Origin: Candidatus Hydrogenedentota bacterium
GTDB lineage: Bacteria; Hydrogenedentota; Hydrogenedentia; Hydrogenedentales; G963678445
Length of the DNA stretch: 64,000 bases
Direction of reading: 5' to 3'
Assembly: GCA_963678445.1 (NCBI GenBank)
Contig: OY782877.1
Coordinates: 2,602,503 to 2,666,502 of the forward strand
The translations under genes and the position numbers were made by a program. Every line of letters begins with the position of its first letter. Within the stretch, counting starts at the first letter, position 1. This document shows, one piece after another, positions 62,759 through 64,000 of the stretch. Below the pieces are notes generated by a model. The model had not been told where the DNA came from, did no database searches, and saw only the letters and a list, made by a program, of their open reading frames with translations.

Positions 62759-64000
62759 ATGTTTTCTACCTTCAATGTCATACAAGATATCGCTAAACTC
62801 CTCTCTCGAAAAGCACCGTCGCAGGTCGAGGTGGTAGGGGCGTGGGGTTCGGCGAAGACATTGACGGCGGTGCAGGCGGCGCAGGCGGTGCAGCGTCCGT
62901 TGCTGTTTGTGACTGCGGGCCGGATGGATGCGGAGGCGGTTCATGATGATTTGGCGACGTTCGTTGGTGAGGAGCATGCGGCGTTGTTTCCGGCGTGGGA
63001 GGTGTTACCGTCGGATACGATGAATCCGGCGGATGATATCGTGGCGGAGCGAATGAATACGTTGAAACGCCTGGCAACGGCTTTGGAGACGGGGGAAGCG
63101 ATGCACACGGTGGCGCCGGTGCGGGCGTTGTTGCAGTATGTGACGCCGCTGAAGCGTTTGCAGGCGGATACGTTGTCGTTGGAAACGGGCCAGGAGTATG
63201 ACCTTGAGACGGTGTTGGAGCAGTTGATTGGAATGGGCTATGTGCGTGAGGTGATGGTGGAGCAGCGGGGGGAAATTAGTGTGCGGGGCGGCATTATCGA
63301 TGTGTTTCCCATTTCAAGTGAGTTGCCGTATCGCATTGAGTTTTTTGGCGATGAGTTGGATTCTATCCGTCGTTTTGAACCGGAAACGCAGCGTAGTGTA
63401 GAGGCCGTGGATGCGGTGCGTATTCTCCCTCGATCGGAAAAGGTGATGCTGGCAGAGTTGGCCAAGAAGCCGGAGCAGATGAAGGCGTTGACAACGTATT
63501 TTCCAAAGGAAACGCTGGTGGTCCTGGATGAGCCGTTGCTGCTAAAGGAGGAGGCGGAGAAGTTGGCGACGCAGATCGGAGGCAATCCGTTCTATTTTTC
63601 TTGGGAACTGGCGCAGGAGAAACTGGCACGTTTTGCAACGCTGGCGATGGCGCAGGTGGGCGGAGAAAAGAAGTCGGGCGAAGCCCGTTTTAGGATGCCG
63701 ATGCGCTCGATTGCCGGGTGGGCGGGCAATGTGGCGGAGTTTTGGGAACAGCTGAAGCAGTGGGATTTGGCGGGCTACACCGTTCGCTTGTATTGCGTGA
63801 ATTCGGGTGAGCGCCGTCGGTTGTATGAACTGCTGGAGGAGCAGGGGTATCGTCCTGGACAGGACGCTTTTGATTTGCGGGTGGAGTTGGGCCGTCTGCG
63901 GGCGGGTTTTGACAGTCCCGAAGACAAAGTAGCGGTATTGAGCGAACGGGAAATTTTTGGACGCCATTATATTCGCCGCAAGCGTCGTCGTTTCGAAGCA
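62759..64000 (+). CDS. mfd: Transcription-repair coupling factor, N-terminal part. The ORF runs off the window end and is absent from the ORF track because no stop lies in the window.
   Basis: Hand translation from the ATG at about 62759 gives GAWGSAKTLTAVQAA...LLFV...FPAWEVLPSD...GYVREVMVEQRGEISVRGGIIDVFPISSELPYRIEFFGDELDSIRRFEPETQRS. This matches the Mfd N-terminal UvrB-like domain. Confidence 0.8.
   Translation, partial: MFSTFNVIQDIAKLLSRKAPSQVEVVGAWGSAKTLTAVQAAQAVQRPLLFVTAGRMDAEAVHDDLATFVGEEHAALFPAWEVLPSDTMNPADDIVAERMNTLKRLATALETGEAMHTVAPVRALLQYVTPLKRLQADTLSLETGQEYDLETVLEQLIGMGYVREVMVEQRGEISVRGGIIDVFPISSELPYRIEFFGDELDSIRRFEPETQRSVEAVDAVRILPRSEKVMLAELAKKPEQMKALTTYFPKETLVVLDEPLLLKEEAEKLATQIGGNPFYFSWELAQEKLARFATLAMAQVGGEKKSGEARFRMPMRSIAGWAGNVAEFWEQLKQWDLAGYTVRLYCVNSGERRRLYELLEEQGYRPGQDAFDLRVELGRLRAGFDSPEDKVAVLSEREIFGRHYIRRKRRRFEA

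Noticed and set aside
1-64000. tRNA or rRNA genes, integrases, transposases and phage genes.
   Set aside because: I scanned for T-loop-like GGTTCGAATCC motifs and cloverleaf candidates and for rRNA-like conserved stretches. None were found. No recombinase or transposase-like ORF was recognised, including around the low-GC island.

Overview
A 64-kb chromosomal window from a moderately GC-rich (by eye roughly 55-60% GC), Gram-negative-type bacterium. The gene content points to an anaerobic, polysaccharide-degrading, flagellated organism: class III ribonucleotide reductase nrdDG, a sulfatase, a heparinase II/III-like lyase, fliC and flgK. This resembles the PVC superphylum, but that is only a guess. 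About 45 protein-coding genes lie on both strands. No rRNA, tRNA, CRISPR array, integrase or transposase was recognised. CDS coordinates follow the supplied ORF track, with starts refined by RBS and homology reasoning where stated. Non-coding features were located by hand and are accurate to about +/-2 bp. The most unusual observations are these. (1) A dispersed REP-like repeat family of about 100 bp bounded by a conserved GGTCGCTGGACCGCTTT motif. There are at least 8 copies, including a 3x100-bp tandem array, and one copy overlaps the ORF-track start of an S8 protease. (2) A cohesin/dockerin-type surface-assembly locus. It comprises a secreted dockerin protein, a 1413-aa protein with three cohesin-like modules, HYR-like and six DUF5011-like Ig domains and a C-terminal sorting-signal-like tail, and a kexin-like S8 protease with a dockerin-like tail. 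(3) A visibly low-GC island of about 2.4 kb. It carries a near-consensus sigma70 promoter, a 66-aa four-Cys ORF and a 572-aa ORF with a thiol-hydrolase-like Q-x5-C/H/D signature that I cannot assign to a known family. (4) Tandem mosaic CgeB-like glycosyltransferase paralogs with an added C-terminal domain, next to a sensor kinase relic that lacks the phospho-His and the ATPase domain. (5) A DnaA-box cluster and near-consensus sigma70 promoter in the 960-bp AT-rich region upstream of nrdDG. (6) A consensus-grade sigma28 (FliA) promoter for flgK with a perfect 14-bp inverted repeat in its leader. (7) A secreted TPR-CHAT protein and an acidic coiled-coil protein paired with an FtsA-like actin homolog.
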